Assembly (NCBI RefSeq): GCF_964204645.1
Contig: NC_134028.1
Location: forward strand, 15,073,653-15,137,652
Length of the DNA stretch: 64,000 bases
Direction: 5' to 3'
From: Tubulanus polymorphus
Taxonomy: Eukaryota > Animalia > Nemertea
A program made the position numbers and the translations under genes. Of the stretch, positions 1 through 13,853 are shown piece by piece (the first letter of the stretch is position 1; every line of letters begins with the position of its first letter). The notes beneath the pieces are model-generated. The model did no database searches. It saw nothing but the letters and a program-made list of their open reading frames with translations, and was not told the DNA's origin.

Positions 1-209
1 ATGTTTATATTGATAAGGTAAATATCTGTATAAAAGGTTGTATAGCAACTTGAATTGAAGGATTAATGCAATAGGTCTCTTATTCTAAAAGACGAGTGAG
101 CCATACTTACTAGATTGGTCATGTGAATCAACATCAAATTTAGAACTATCATCCATTTTTAGTTTTCAATCAAAGACTAACCTATGAAATAAAGTACATA
201 TTTTTCTGA

Positions 210-740
210 TAACAACCTGGAATAAATTAAAATAAATCTGAGGAATTCACCAAATTTCTGTATCGAACCCCTAATAGGGCCTATATAACCTATAGATTGA
301 TACTTACATACGACAAATTGACGAAGAAACTTCATTTGACAGTATACAAACTCGCGGACAAACTCCCAAAATGAATCATGTCCTATTCACCTACAATCAA
401 ACAAAATACAACTAAAAAATTCACAATACAGATTTCGGTTTCGAATCCTTCAAATAGCTGTTTACTTACATGAAACGAATTATCAAACTACTTCTGCCGA
501 CAGCATACCAACTCGCTGACAAACCCCCGAAATGAAACATGTCATGATAAACATCTGGAATTAAACGTAATAAAGCTACAAAATTTACAAAATGTCGGTT
601 TCGAATCCCTCAAATAGCCTTACACTTACAAATAATGGATTATCAAACAACCATGAACTCCCACAACGCCACATGTCTTTGATAATCTACTGTGAAAACC
701 TGGAATTAAATGAAATAAATCTTAAAATTCCGATTTGAAC
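210..740. repeat. Degenerate tandem repeat, about 160-175 bp period, about 3-4 copies
   Basis: Recurring blocks: ACCTGGAAT(T)AAA at about 215, 555 and 698; TCGGTTTCGAATCC.TCAAATAGC at about 435 and 595; GACAG.ATAC.AACTCGC.GACAAAC at about 338 and 498. Confidence 0.55.
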
Positions 741-1439
741 CCAACGTAGGCCCTCTCTCTACTTGTAGGCCTAAGATCTTGAAATAGGATAAATAATGTT
801 ATGATGAAAGAGGCATAATGGTTCGGAAAAAATTGAATTCAATATGGCTCTTGGCCCGGCAAAGTTTGCTTTTGAAATATCCTTTTGATTAGGCCTAGTT
901 ACACATTTTAAAAGCAAATTTCATTTTGCATCAAACTAAAAGCGGCTTTGTTGAGGAAAAGATTCGTTTGAGTCGTAAAATTTATAGCCTAGAACCAATT
1001 TCTTGGTCAAAGCGTGATGCACAATTTTGACTGGGTCTTATTATTTCCACGTGGTAGTGGACAGAAAATTTGAATAGGCCTAAATAATAGAATAATCTTT
1101 CTTAGGTTTCATGATAAAGATGCAGCATTAACATAGATTAATGCTTATCTTTTACAATTAGGCTTATGTTTCAAAGGAAAACGCCCACAGTTGGTCGAAC
1201 AGGGGTTAGGCATTGATGGTAGAGGGTCTGTGTGTGTGCTGAAACAGAGATAAAAATGCACGGGAACGAGTTTGTCGAGTGGAGCTTATTATTCCATCAG
1301 GGATAGTGTACTATAGTCATGTTATATATCAAAATGTTCCTTATTAGTTCTGCTGCATCGCTAAAAACAAATTGAGATAGGTTTCCCTGCATTTTTTACA
1401 TATTACATCACTTACAACGATAAACGTCCGTCGCCGACT

Positions 1440-1612
1440 GAAAAATTCACAAAAACTTCCGCATTGAGAGCGCCACCGCACCAATTCTACATTTGTCCCG
1501 TGAGAGGACCCATGTCCCGTCACAGGCCCGGGTCCTCTCACGGGACGCTGCAGTTAAAATCATATGGAAAAATTCACAAAAACTTCCGTATTGAGAGCGC
1601 CACCGCACCAAT
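1440..1612. repeat. About 48-bp direct repeat flanking a 17-bp perfect inverted repeat
   Basis: GAAAAATTCACAAAAACTTCCG(C/T)ATTGAGAGCGCCACCGCACCAATTC at about 1440 and 1567; GTCCCGTGAGAGGACCC (1495-1511) pairs with GGGTCCTCTCACGGGAC (1530-1546). Confidence 0.8.
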
Positions 1613-3410
1613 TCAAATTGGATCGGAAACCCTCCAGCGATGCTCTCTATGATCTTTAGAACCTGTATTTGCTGACTGGGAATAAGATATTTCTCAGCGC
1701 GAAGGGTCGGGGCGCAGCGTCACCAGGTCCCGCTCCGCGAGGAAGCTAGATTTTCAAAGAAATGAGTGCACGCGACGGCCGTGACCACTTGTTAGTGACG
1801 TCATCAAGAATGATGGCTCCGAGGATCGCCACATCACAGGTTACTGTGAATAAATGGGATTCGACCATTCAAAAGTTCAAAATGTACTTTCTTGTTTTGT
1901 AAAACAAGTTTATTCATGTCGTTATATAAAGCATTTTGTTTGAAACATTCTTTAATAATGTTTGTTGAGTTTAAAGCCAATTGTCGTTGTGTTATTCCAT
2001 ACTACTGGTCACTGACATCAAAGTTTTAGTTTCTGTTCACATGTTTCGACTTATAAATATCCAATTTGTATGTTCTATCTTTTATTACAGGCCATGTGAT
2101 TAATTGCGTATCACTCCATTAGTTTAAAAAGAGAGCACATATTTCGATATTGTTAAATAATTAACTACATTTTTTTCTGTCACACGTTGATTTTTTACCC
2201 ATCACTTATAAAATTCAAATGTACGTGATGTATTCTGTAAGCTATGTATGCTTGTTCTTAAAGATACACTATGAATTTTCAATTTGTACTGACCATAATA
2301 GTTTATTTTTCGTAAATAAAATTTATATTTTAATTAAATAATTTCAAAATCTTTTCTATGCCCTCTGCAACAGAAAGTTACTAAGGACTATTACACAACA
2401 GAAAGTTACTAAGGACGATTACATATTCAGATGTACGTTGATAATTGATTTCAATCGTCCCTTCAAATAATTATATGAACATTATTTCAGGTGGCGCACA
2501 ATCATAATACATACAACTCATCAAGCTGGCGAGTCGTTTCCCTAACCAATGTTACAGACGGGTAACCAATCTACTCGACTCCACAGACAACTAAACGACC
2601 CGAGTAACCCCCAATTTGACTATAACTATAAATTATGTTATGTTAAACCGCATTGGTGTGACTTGACACATCAAATGCGTATCCCGTATTGATATATTTC
2701 TTTTATCCACTTTTCAAATTAAGAATAGCACGCCTGTTCAGAAAACCCGTTATCGCTGCTTTGCAGCTATATTTATTATTATTATTATTTTTTTCCACAC
2801 ATTTTTTGTCAAAAGTACATAGGCTTTTTTACATTACCGCTGTTGCCGATACAATCCGTTTGATATCATTCAGCTCACTTCGATCTACAAATACTCCGTG
2901 CTAATTTTGAAGAATCAACGTTACAAAAGCACTGTAAACATCGAAAATTGAGCCCCATTCAAAGAGCCGACATGTTTTTCTAAGTCGTCTTTCCGAAATC
3001 TACCGCACGTTTCTTGTCACATCGATTATCAATTCAAACATAAATTAACAAATTTATTACCCAAAGATTGCACATTCTGTCGCGGTTTTAAAAACTAATT
3101 TTAACAATAACCCATTTTCCTCATCAAATTATAATACCAATACACAGGAAATTTACTACTTTAGATTTTAAAAGCACTGTCGAGCCGTAAACATCGACAA
3201 ATCGACGTGTGTCACTACATCGTCGTTCCGGGAATCAGCTGCGAGTTTCTCCTCATTCTGAGAATCAAATCGAGTACAAATTAATTTATTACTACCAGTG
3301 ATTTGGCTGCGGGCGTCAAGCAGTTAATTTAGCAATACCTATTTTTCTTTACCAAATTTACCGTGTTTTTACTAAGATAAATCATAAGTGTACCGGGGAG
3401 TCGTAGGCCT

Positions 3411-6400
3411 CATTATGAGTTTTCCGGTTTGCTCAGCTACCCGTACTGGCGGGGTAGTCTAGAGAGGCCAATGAAAACTCCGGTTTGCTGAACCACCCCT
3501 CTTTGTGGGGATGCGGTATGATGTTTGATCTGACAGTTTCAAGTGGTTAATGGCTGTTTCAAGTGCTTACAACGATGCTTATTACTTCGTGGTACATGGT
3601 GGTTTAAAAAAAGATTTCATAATAATACGCTCACCACGTGGGCTTCGTAGAAAGACCACTACCTGTGACCTTCCCAAATTTTAATTGTCCTGTCCGATTT
3701 GGTTTCATCCAATTGAGAGACTGCCTTTTCCAGTTAGGGCATTTTTGGATCACGTCACTCCAGGAAATGACTTAACGCTTTTGGGCCCCATCGTCGGTTC
3801 CACATGTTTCATTTGAGCTATAGACCACAATGGTGACACCATGATGGTCAGTAACTGACCAATTGAGATATCCCCGAGTCTGAACACTTGACTTCGAATT
3901 TCGGAAACTTATCATGTAATGTTTGATTTCAAACTACTAAGGAATCATCATTGCAAATTCATCACTGACCATCACTGACCACCAATGACCAATTCAAACT
4001 TCTCGAATATGAAAACGATATACCGCGTTATGGTGTCAAACTAGAAAGGATTCGCCATTGAAAATTAATAAATTGACCATCGCTGACCACCACTGACCAA
4101 TTGAAACTTCTTGAAAGAACGATATACCAGTACCGCATTTGATGTGAAACTAGAAAGGATTCGCCATTGAAAATTCATAAATTGACCATCACTGACCACC
4201 ACTGACCAATTAAAACTTCTTGAAAGAACGATATACCGGTACCGCATTTGGTGTGAAACTAGAAAGGATTCGTCATTAAAATTCATAAATTGACCATCAC
4301 TGACCACCACTGCCCAAGTGAAACTTCTCAAATATCGTGGTCGAATTCGAAAGTGCTTGTCGTCGTATTGTTATTTCTAGAAACCAGCAGAAAGTTTTGC
4401 TACTGTTTTTGAATGGCGTTGACATGATGGAAATTTATTACCCATAAATGGGTTACACATCTGGATCACAGCACCTCACTTACCGCAGTGCGTTATTTTC
4501 ACTACATAGTAATGCTAATACATAAACTTTTTTACTACTTGACTCGAATCATCTGAACAGTACTGCGTTTGAAAACTCAACGAATAGAAAATGTTTGCGG
4601 GAAGCGCCTACAAATAAGTTATAATAAGATTAATTAATCGATCCATGAAAAACAATTTAATCACAAGGTGACTAACACCCGTCTTTCAACCAATCTGCGC
4701 GATACCAATTAATTAAATCATTAAACGCATTGGGTTCCTAATATTTGAAATCATGTGATACAATAGTTGTTCTTTAGACTTGGCCACTTTCATTTCAGAA
4801 AACCGCGTACTAGACCAGTGGTCACCGAGGCATTAAACATTCCTTCAAGTTTTGAAAATTCGATGGTAACGCGGATTCTTCGCCTCTAAAAACTGTTTCG
4901 TTAAATAGTTTTCTTTATATGAAAAGTGTTCATAGGAATTGAAATTTGGAGTGATATCAGTCACAGCTGTAACCCTTTTTCATTGTCAGTTCTTTTTTGG
5001 AATTCAAGTAGATTAGTGAAAATATCAATGATGAAGTTCACTTATATTATATCAAGTACCGTTTTTACTGTCGCATGCGAGTCGAAACAAAAAGATCTAT
5101 CCAACTGCATATCTTCGGGTATAAACTGTGATATCCTACAGTATTTTATGAATATCTTTAAAAATTTGTGTTCTAGTATAATACCCGAAGGTTTAACTAT
5201 CGGACACATAAAAGATTCGCCATAATCAAAGTTTTTAAGAAAATCTTTCTTCGAGAAAGAAAGATCTTTAAAAGAACGATTGGCGTCAAACTAATCCATA
5301 ATGGACTGTTGTGAATTTATTGAATAATCCACCTGAGAAATTTAAAGATTTCGAAGCGAAATTTATTCATATAAATCAAAAATGCATGAATAACTTGACG
5401 TTATTTGCGGGTCTCATGAAACACTTTCGTGCGCTCTTTTTAAATCTAAAATAGCATAAATACATGCGTGTTTCGTTATAAACAAGGTTAAATTCCAAAC
5501 GCACATGAAATATGGAGCCTGTATCACACGATATACACATCTTGAATTTTCTCCTACCTAGGCCCTTTCCAAATGGGAATTGTTCAGTTTTTTAACGGCC
5601 GACATTCAGAGGCACCTAAAAAACCGGAGATTTTCAGTGTAGGGCACATCTCACATCGACTCGGCTCGCGGTCGGTGGTTTAATGGGAACACATCTGGTT
5701 GTTACTAGTTTAACAGTTGACGAATTCAGAAAACTTTTTTCAAATGTCTTTGATAACTTTTTAAACATAGCATTCTTCTTAATTACATTTCGCTGATTCC
5801 ATAGATATTTTTTCATGAAAATTGCTCCAGTTATAACGGATTTAAACATACATGTAAAATGATTATTTTCAAAATATTCAATTTTCTCCGATTTTGAAGA
5901 AATTCTGACACAATATCATCTCCACTCGACACATGATTTTACTTCGGCGCCTTTGAAGGGAGTGTCACTAGTTGCCTGATTCCTTTTTAGAATTTAGATT
6001 TCGACGGATATCATCAAATTACTAGAAAGGGACAGCAGCTTTCGGTCATCCGCAAAAAATACCTAAAATGCTCTCCTAGGGTTATGGAAAAACATGTCAC
6101 GAAACATACGGAAAATCCTTTGTTTGGTAGACTGAAATTATTGAACTCTTAAATAGCAACATTCAGAGAAACAAAAACATAAGAATATATTCTCGCCCAC
6201 CCTTTAAAAAAACAACGTGATTTCAATTGAAGATAACACGTAGCCTCATGTCAAATGATATGAACGCAACAGAGCCTATTCATTCTCTTTACGAGGGTGG
6301 GTCTCCACATTCATAGGATACGATACGAGATTCGTGGGTACGAATGATGAATACAACTGATAAAGCGCCAATTTCGCTGATTCTTGCATATAAAGGTGTT

Positions 6401-9289
6401 TTAGAGTAATCTAGTTAACAAGTGTGTTTTATGAGTATTTTGAATTTAAATTCAAATCGGGGTTCATGACGAATATTGAGCATTCTAGGGCTGGAGCAAG
6501 AAACGTGTGGGATCGTCCGCCAATGGTATCGCCAAAGAAATAATAAGGAGCCAGTCCGAGGTGGCTATTGAAAGCGACGACCGCATGTGAATGCATTGAT
6601 TGAATGACATCTCAAAAGTCAGATTATATAAAATTGAACATGATATATGGATAGGTTATTCCATATATACTGGTAAAATGATGCCCAATATGTGATATAA
6701 ATGTTCAATTAAAAAGTAGAAACCGAATCCATAATTCAGTCTGGTATTGTTATAACATCAAACACTCAAATTCAATCCTTTGTTAGATTGGTAGCCAGTG
6801 TAGATGAGCAAGAATAGTGGTCCCTAATTTTAATGTGGACTATTCAACAAGTTGGAGTTTGTGTAGAGATGAATGAGTTTAAAATGGAGTGGAATTTAGA
6901 TAATACTGTTTGAATGTCTATTACTCAATCTTTTTATTGATCATAAAAAATTGTGGTAAAATATTTGACTCTAGGGTTGGTTTTAGATTGTATCTCTCCA
7001 CGCCATAGGTAATCACGGATATAGGACTACACAAAATTCCTTGTGTACAGCTCAACTTTAAGCTCGCCACGGATTTATCTCAATAATGATTATTTTTCCC
7101 ACAAATTCTCCCCTTCGAAAAACCTAAACAACCAATGTACGCTTGCTCTAAGTTTGCCAATGCACTATTGTTACCTTTTCTAGCTATTTGCACTAGCTGT
7201 TTGTCGCAAATAGATTGCATCCTCTATAACAGGAGTAAAGGATACAGCTCTGGGACCCGTTTCTCAAAAGATAGTTTAAATTAACCATCATCCAATATGA
7301 TACATGACTAAATACACTGAAAAAGATCAACTATGTACACATTTCAAATTTCAAACCATGTTTTATCATTAGAAAATTACGACACAACGTTCGATCTCTC
7401 ACTAGAGATAATCTTTTTGAATTTGTACACTGAGTTTTCGTATCGTATTATCGTATTTTCAATTCTCTGCTTTTGAGTCAACACGTACAAAGTTATTTTA
7501 GCAATGAAAATTTAATTGTCATTATAAATGTTAACTATCCACTGGTAAACTTACTAACTTTTGGCAACTGACCTTAGATCGTGGAATGGTCTCAGGTGGC
7601 CTGCTGATCCACTCTTTATTTATACTACTAAAGAAATATACAGTATAAGACGTAAAAAGTATATGAACATATTATTTATCTTTATATCGCGATAATTCGT
7701 GTACGTATGATTGAAAAACGATATTCTATCGAATCTCATGGTACTTATGATTATTGTGTATAGAATCAATAATTAGCAACCCTCCACGGATACGAAGCAG
7801 CCTAAGTTTACATCCTACCAAAATTATCCTCGAAACTCTCACCATTATTTCAAGGGTCGGTCTTAGAAAATATATGAAGGACGTGCTCACAGGTTAACGA
7901 GGCCAAAAATCTTCCCCAAAATTTCAAATTTTTACAAGCAAAGATATATACTTCATGCTTTTGGTGCAGAAAAAAATACATGTCCACAAAATGCAACTTG
8001 TGTTTTCAAAGTAAACGATTGAGTGTGGAATTGTTTCGAATTCAAGGTTTTCCCATTAACACTCCGGTATTTTTCAATAAGATAAGTCAAACTATTGTTG
8101 TGATGGCCAGTTGAATACTTATATATGTTATACTTAATGCATCTTTTCTTAGGACTTACATCTTTCTCTATTGGTTAGCGTTGTGATCACTCAAAATTAA
8201 CCATAAGTTTGAATTCTCACTGATCTACTACATCTCTATAACAAAAATATATTTCATATCAGGCAATTAGCTTTGATCTGTGGTCAGTGGACAGCAGCTA
8301 CGAAACATTTAAAACTACTACATTATCATTCCATCTATTCATGTATATATAATATGATATGATATGTTCTTTGTTCAGTTTAAAAGTCTTGATCGTAAAA
8401 GTTTGACAAGTCTCGCATGTTGGTACCGATACGCACGTTCACGCGAGTGAAATGTGCACGTTACAGGCTCAAATGCGCACGTTACAATTACAAATGGAAA
8501 CGTTGTTCGTTCAAAACCCTACGTAAAAATCTAATGCATTTTAGCGGAATTTCAAAGTTAGCTCGCTACCTACAACAAAAATCGGACAAGACTTTTTCAA
8601 GCGACAAATTTAAATGTAAGAGCTAGTAGTACTAACGAAGGTATCAATAAACATATAAATTACTTATGGGGGTTCTGGTTAGCACTGGTAACTGGTCAGT
8701 ACTGGTCAAGCATTGGTCAGTTAAACAATTTTTAGATTAATGCCCACATCATATCTAGTTATTTGACACCAAACAACTTAATTGTTTGCAAAACAAATAA
8801 TTTACTATATGGTCAGTACTGGTCATGCATTGGTCAGTTAAAAGACCATGGTCCACGCCACATTTGATACCAAACATGATTGGATTGTGTCGTTTCGAAA
8901 ATTTATCTGTTGGGCAATTTGTGGTCAGCCCTGGTTCGTTAGGTTCTTATTTTGCGGGCATTTTATCTCGAACCACCGAAAGACCGAATCACTAATCAAT
9001 TCACCAGATCATTAATTGCTGAAAATGAAGATTAGTGTTTAACTAATAGTCCTTGTCTGAACTAAATGTCTCTGGTATGGGTCCTGTGGAATCATGTCCT
9101 TAACTGTACACCGTACTGTATCTTTGTACTGTATCTTTTTATGTTTTCAAGTGGTCTTAAGTAGCGCTAATAGCCGAAAGTCGTTGATTTATGTGAAATT
9201 TACATACAGCGCCACTCGTTGGTAGTAAAACTAACCCGAGCAATACGGGTGTTAAATAGATACGCTAGCAAACCGGCATTCTCATAATG
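3411..9289 (+). mobile_element. Non-coding TIR element, copy 1 (about 5.9 kb), superfamily unknown
   Basis: Ends CATTATGAGTTTTCCGGTTTGCT and AGCAAACCGGCATTCTCATAATG (23-bp imperfect TIR); absent from the homologous host site at about 15435; second copy at 21897-49442. Confidence 0.8.
3960..4330. repeat. About 109-bp tandem repeat inside TIR element copy 1
   Basis: TTGACCATC.CTGACCACCACTG at 4073, 4182 and 4290. Confidence 0.85.
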
Positions 9290-9695
9290 TAAACTAAACA
9301 CGCCGAAGAGATATAGCGGAGAAAAGCTGTTATGTCGACGAGGTATCAAAATAAAAGAATATATTACTTTATTCGGCCGCGGGCCTCTATATTAATACCA
9401 TCAATACTCTATATTTCCTACAGTACATACCGATCATTGTCAAATGCACAAGGTATTTACTAAATACAAGTATATAACACACTCCTATCCGTATGCTGGA
9501 CTCACACTTGACATTCGGAGTAAGCGTTCGCTGTGGGGGAAATGAGATCGTTCGCTGTGTCGCTTGAAGTGTTTATCGAGTTTTACGCGACCTTTAAGCT
9601 TTAGTATGGTGGCTGATAAGATAAAAAAACACGAATATGCAAATGAGGGTAAAATTACGACAAAACGACAAAACTAAAATAACGCGAGAAAATGA

Positions 9696-12440
9696 TTTTG
9701 ATATTGTCGCCCGCGACAATTCATTATTTTGGTTTTATCGCCCACGACAATTCATTACTTTGGTTTTATCGTCAGCGACAATGCATTATTTTTGTTTTGT
9801 CGCCCGCGACAATTCTTCTTTTTTGGTTTTGTCGCCCGCGACAATTCATTATTTTGGTTTTATATTTTGTTTTTGTCGCCCGCGACAATTTTCTTTTTTG
9901 GTTTTGTCGCCCGCGACAATTCAATATTTTGGTTTTATTGCCTGCGACAATTCAATACTTTGGTTTTATCGCCCGCGATAATTCATTATTTTGGTTTTGT
10001 CGCCTGAGAAAATTCATTATTTTGGTTTTATCGCCCGCGACAATTCATTATTACAGTTTTATCGCCCGCGACAATTCATTATTTTGGTTTTGTCGCCCGC
10101 GACAATTCACCATTTTGGTTTTGTCGCCCGCGACAATTCATTATTTTGGTTTTATCGCCCACGACAATTCATTACTTTGGTTTTATCGCCAGCGACAATG
10201 CATTATTTTGGTTTTGTCGCCTGAGAAAATTCATTATTTTGGTTTTATCGCCCGCGACAATTCATTATTACAGTTTTATCGCCCGCGACAATTCATTATT
10301 TTGGTTTTGTCGCCCGCGACAATTCACCATTTTGGTTTTGTCGCCCGCGACAATTCATTATTTTGGTTTTATCGCCCACGACAATTCATTACTTTGGTTT
10401 TATCGCCAGCGACAATGCATTATTTTTGTTTTGTCGCCCGCGACAATTCTTCTTTTTTGGTTTTGTCGCCCGCGACAATTCATTATTTTGGTTTTATATT
10501 TTGTTTTTGTCGCCCGCGACAATTTTCTTTTTCGGTTTTGTCGCCCGCGACAATTCAATATTTTGGTTTTATCGCCCGCGACAATTCAATACTTTGGTTT
10601 TATCGCCCGCGATAATTCAATATTTTGGTTTTTTCGCCTGAGAAAATTCATTATTTTGGTTTTATCGCCCGCGACAGTTCATTATTTTGGTTTTATCGCC
10701 CGCGACAATTCATTATTTTGGTTTTGTCGCCCGCGACAATTCATTATTTTGGTTTTGTCGCCCCGACAATTCTTTTTTTGGTTTTGTCGCCCGCGACAAT
10801 TCATTAGTTTGGTTTTGTCGCCCGCGACAATTCAATATTTTGGTTTTGTCGCCAGCAACAATTCATTATTTTGGTTTTGTCGCCCCGACAATTCTTTTTT
10901 TGGTTTTGTCGCCCGCGACAATTCATTAGTTTGGTTTTGTCGCCCGCGACAATTCAATATTTTGGTTTTACCGCCCGCGACAATTCATTATTTTGGTTTT
11001 GTCGCCCCGACAATTCACCGTTTTGGTTTTGTCGCCCGCGACAATTCATTATTTTGGTTTTGTCGCCCCGACAATTCTTTTTTTGGTTTTGTCGCCCGCG
11101 ACATTTCATTAGTTTGGTTTTGTCGCCCGCGACAATTCAATATTTTGGTTTTATCGCCAACGACAATTCATTACTTTGGTTTTATCTCCAGCGACAATTC
11201 ATTATTTTGGTTTTTTCGCCCGCGACAATTCTTGTTTTTGGTTTTGTCGCCCGCGACAATTGATTATTTTGGTTTTATCGCCCGCGACAATTCAATATTT
11301 TGGTTTTATCGCCCGCGATAATTCATTATTTTGGTTTTATCGCCCGCGACAATTCAATATTTTGGTTTTATCGCCCGCGATAATTCATTATTTTGGTTTT
11401 GTCGCCCGAGACAATTCATTATTTTGGTTTTATCGCCCGCGACAATTCATTATTTTGGTTTTGTCGCCCGCGACAATTCATTACTTTGGTTTTATCGTCC
11501 GAGACAATTCATTATTTTGGTTTTATCGCCCGCGACAATTCAATATTTTTGTTTTATCGCCCGCGACAATTCTTTTTTGGGTTTTGTCGCCCGCGACAAT
11601 TCATTAGTTTGGTTTTGTCGCCCGCGACAATTCAATATTTTGGTTTTGTCGCCCGCAACAATTCATTATTTTGGTTTTATCGCCCGCGACAATTCATTAT
11701 TTTGGTTTTGTCGCCCCAACAATTCTTTTTTTGGTTTTGTTGCCCCGCGAAAATTCATTAGTTTGGTTTTGTCGCCCGCGATAATTCATTATTTTGGTTT
11801 TATCGCCCGCGACAATTCATTATTTTGGTTTTGTCGCCCGAGACAATTCATTATTTTAGTTTTATCGCCCGCGACAATTCATTATTTTGGTTTTACCGCC
11901 CGCGACAATTCATTATTTTGGTTTTGTCGCCCCGACAATTCACCGTTTTGGTTTTGTCGCCCGCGACAATTCATTATTTTGGTTTTGTCGCCCCGACAAT
12001 TCTTTTTTTGGTTTTGTCGCCCGCGACAATTCATTAGTTTGGTTTTGTCGCCCGCGACAATTCAATATTTTGGTTTTATCGCCCACGACAATTCATTACT
12101 TTGGTTTTATCTCCAGCGACAATTCATTATTTTGGTTTTGTCGCCCGCGACAATTCTTGTTTTTGGTTTTGTCGCCCGCGACAATTGATTATTTTGGTTT
12201 TATCGCCCGCGACAATTCAATATTTTGGTTTTATCGCCCGCGATGATTCATTATTTTGGTTTTATCGCCCGCGACAATTCAATATTTTGGTTTTATCGCC
12301 CGCGATAATTCATCATTTTGGTTTTGTCGCCCGAGACAATTCATTATTTTGGTTTTATCGTCCGAGACAATTCAATATTTTGGTTTTATCACCCGCGACA
12401 ATTCATAAGTTTGGTTTTGTCGCCCGTGACAATTCTTTTT
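9696..12440. repeat. 31-bp satellite array, block 1
   Basis: Consensus TTTTGGTTTT(G/A)TCGCCCGCGACAATTCATTA repeated head-to-tail over about 2.7 kb, with higher-order duplicated variant blocks. Confidence 0.97.
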
Positions 12441-13853
12441 CAGTCCACTTGGGACTTTAGTCCCAGCGGGCTATTGTGTTCACTTTTCGTCCGTCCGTCC
12501 GTCCATAGACGGAATCCAGTTATTTTGGGAAGTTTTGAAGACGCTTCAAGGTAATGTCTTGATATTTGGTTTATACATGTATCTACCCTAGACACATCGT
12601 CAGCCCAAAAACTGGCCCTGTCAGATTCAAGATGGCCGACTGGCAGCCATTGTTGTTTGCCAAAATCAGCACTTTTTAAACATTTTCGAAGTTTTCGTGG
12701 GAAATTTTGAAGACGCTTTGATCAATTACCTTGATCTTTCGTTTATATTTGAATCTACCAAAGGCCCATCAGCATGATAAAATTGGGTCGATCTGACTCA
12801 AGATGGTCGTCCTATGACCTTTTTAGTGCCCAAAAATGTAAATTTTGGCCAGAATTCTAGGTCCTGTAGCTTCCTACTGGTTTGCCATTTCTCATTGCAA
12901 TTGCTGATGGGTATTCTTTAGAGAGGGATGTTTTATACCTGGGACAGGTATTTTTGATCAGCCAATTATGACGCAATTGGCGGCCATCTTGGTGTCATCA
13001 GTACTCATTCGTAGGTGGGAAAAAGTTTTTCCACATTAAATTGATACCTAAGCATATTGTGTTACTATATTCAGTTGGAAAGTTGTAGCCCATAACGTGT
13101 TCTATGATTTTGGTGAGTTTCAAGGTCATTGGTTTTAGTATGTGGCCATCAGGGGTCGTTGAATAATACAATAACTTAGTATTGCTATATTATATTTGTA
13201 CCAAGGCATATTTTGTTACCATGATCAATTGCAAAGTTGTAGTTCATGACATCGTCTATGATTGTGGTGAGTTTTTAACGACATTAGTTATTCCATATAG
13301 TCACCAGGGGGCGTTGAATAGTAGAATGGCTTAGTATTTCCTTATTAGATTGGTACCTAGGCATATTTTGTTACCATGATCCATTGCAAAGTTGTAGATC
13401 ATGACATCGTCTATGATTGTGGTGAGTTTTTAACGACATTAAGTATTCCATATAGTCACCAGGGGGCGTTGAATAGTAGAATGGCTTAGTGTTTCCTTAT
13501 TAGATTGGTACCTAGGCATATTTTGTTACTATGATCAATTGCAAAGTTGTATTTCATGACATGTACTACGATTGTGGTGAGTTTTAAGGTCATTGGGTTT
13601 TGCATATGGTCACCAGGGGCGTTGAATAGTAGAATAACTTAGTATTTCCATATTAAATTGGTAACGAGGCATATTTTGTTATCACAATCAATTACAAAAT
13701 CATAGCTGCTCACATGTTCTATGATTGTGGTGGGTTCCAAGGTCATTGGTTTTTGTATATGGTCACTAGAGGGCGTTATGTATTGAAATTGTTAGATTGT
13801 TGAGCATTTGAAACCACTTCCCAAGTGAGCATGGTGTCCCTGGATCCCTAGTT
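12441..13853 (+). mobile_element. Second HINE/pearl-like non-autonomous element inserted in the satellite
   Basis: 5' CACTTGGGA within palindrome TGGGACTTTAGTCCCA, (CCGT)n microsatellite, about 155-bp core repeats, 3' subterminal TCCCAAGTG inverted copy; inserted in a T-run with the satellite resuming afterwards. Confidence 0.75.
13040..13780. repeat. About 155-bp tandem core repeat, about 4.7 copies
   Basis: GCATATT(T/G)TGTTA at 13052, 13206, 13361, 13516 and 13669. Confidence 0.9.

Noticed and set aside
4065-4331. ORF 4065-4331 and its mirror 48498-48773
   Set aside because: Translation of the 109-bp tandem repeat; no domain signal.
8417-8626. ORF conserved with 45475-45783
   Set aside because: Conservation is explained by the recent duplication of the TIR element; C-termini differ through an indel; no recognisable motif.
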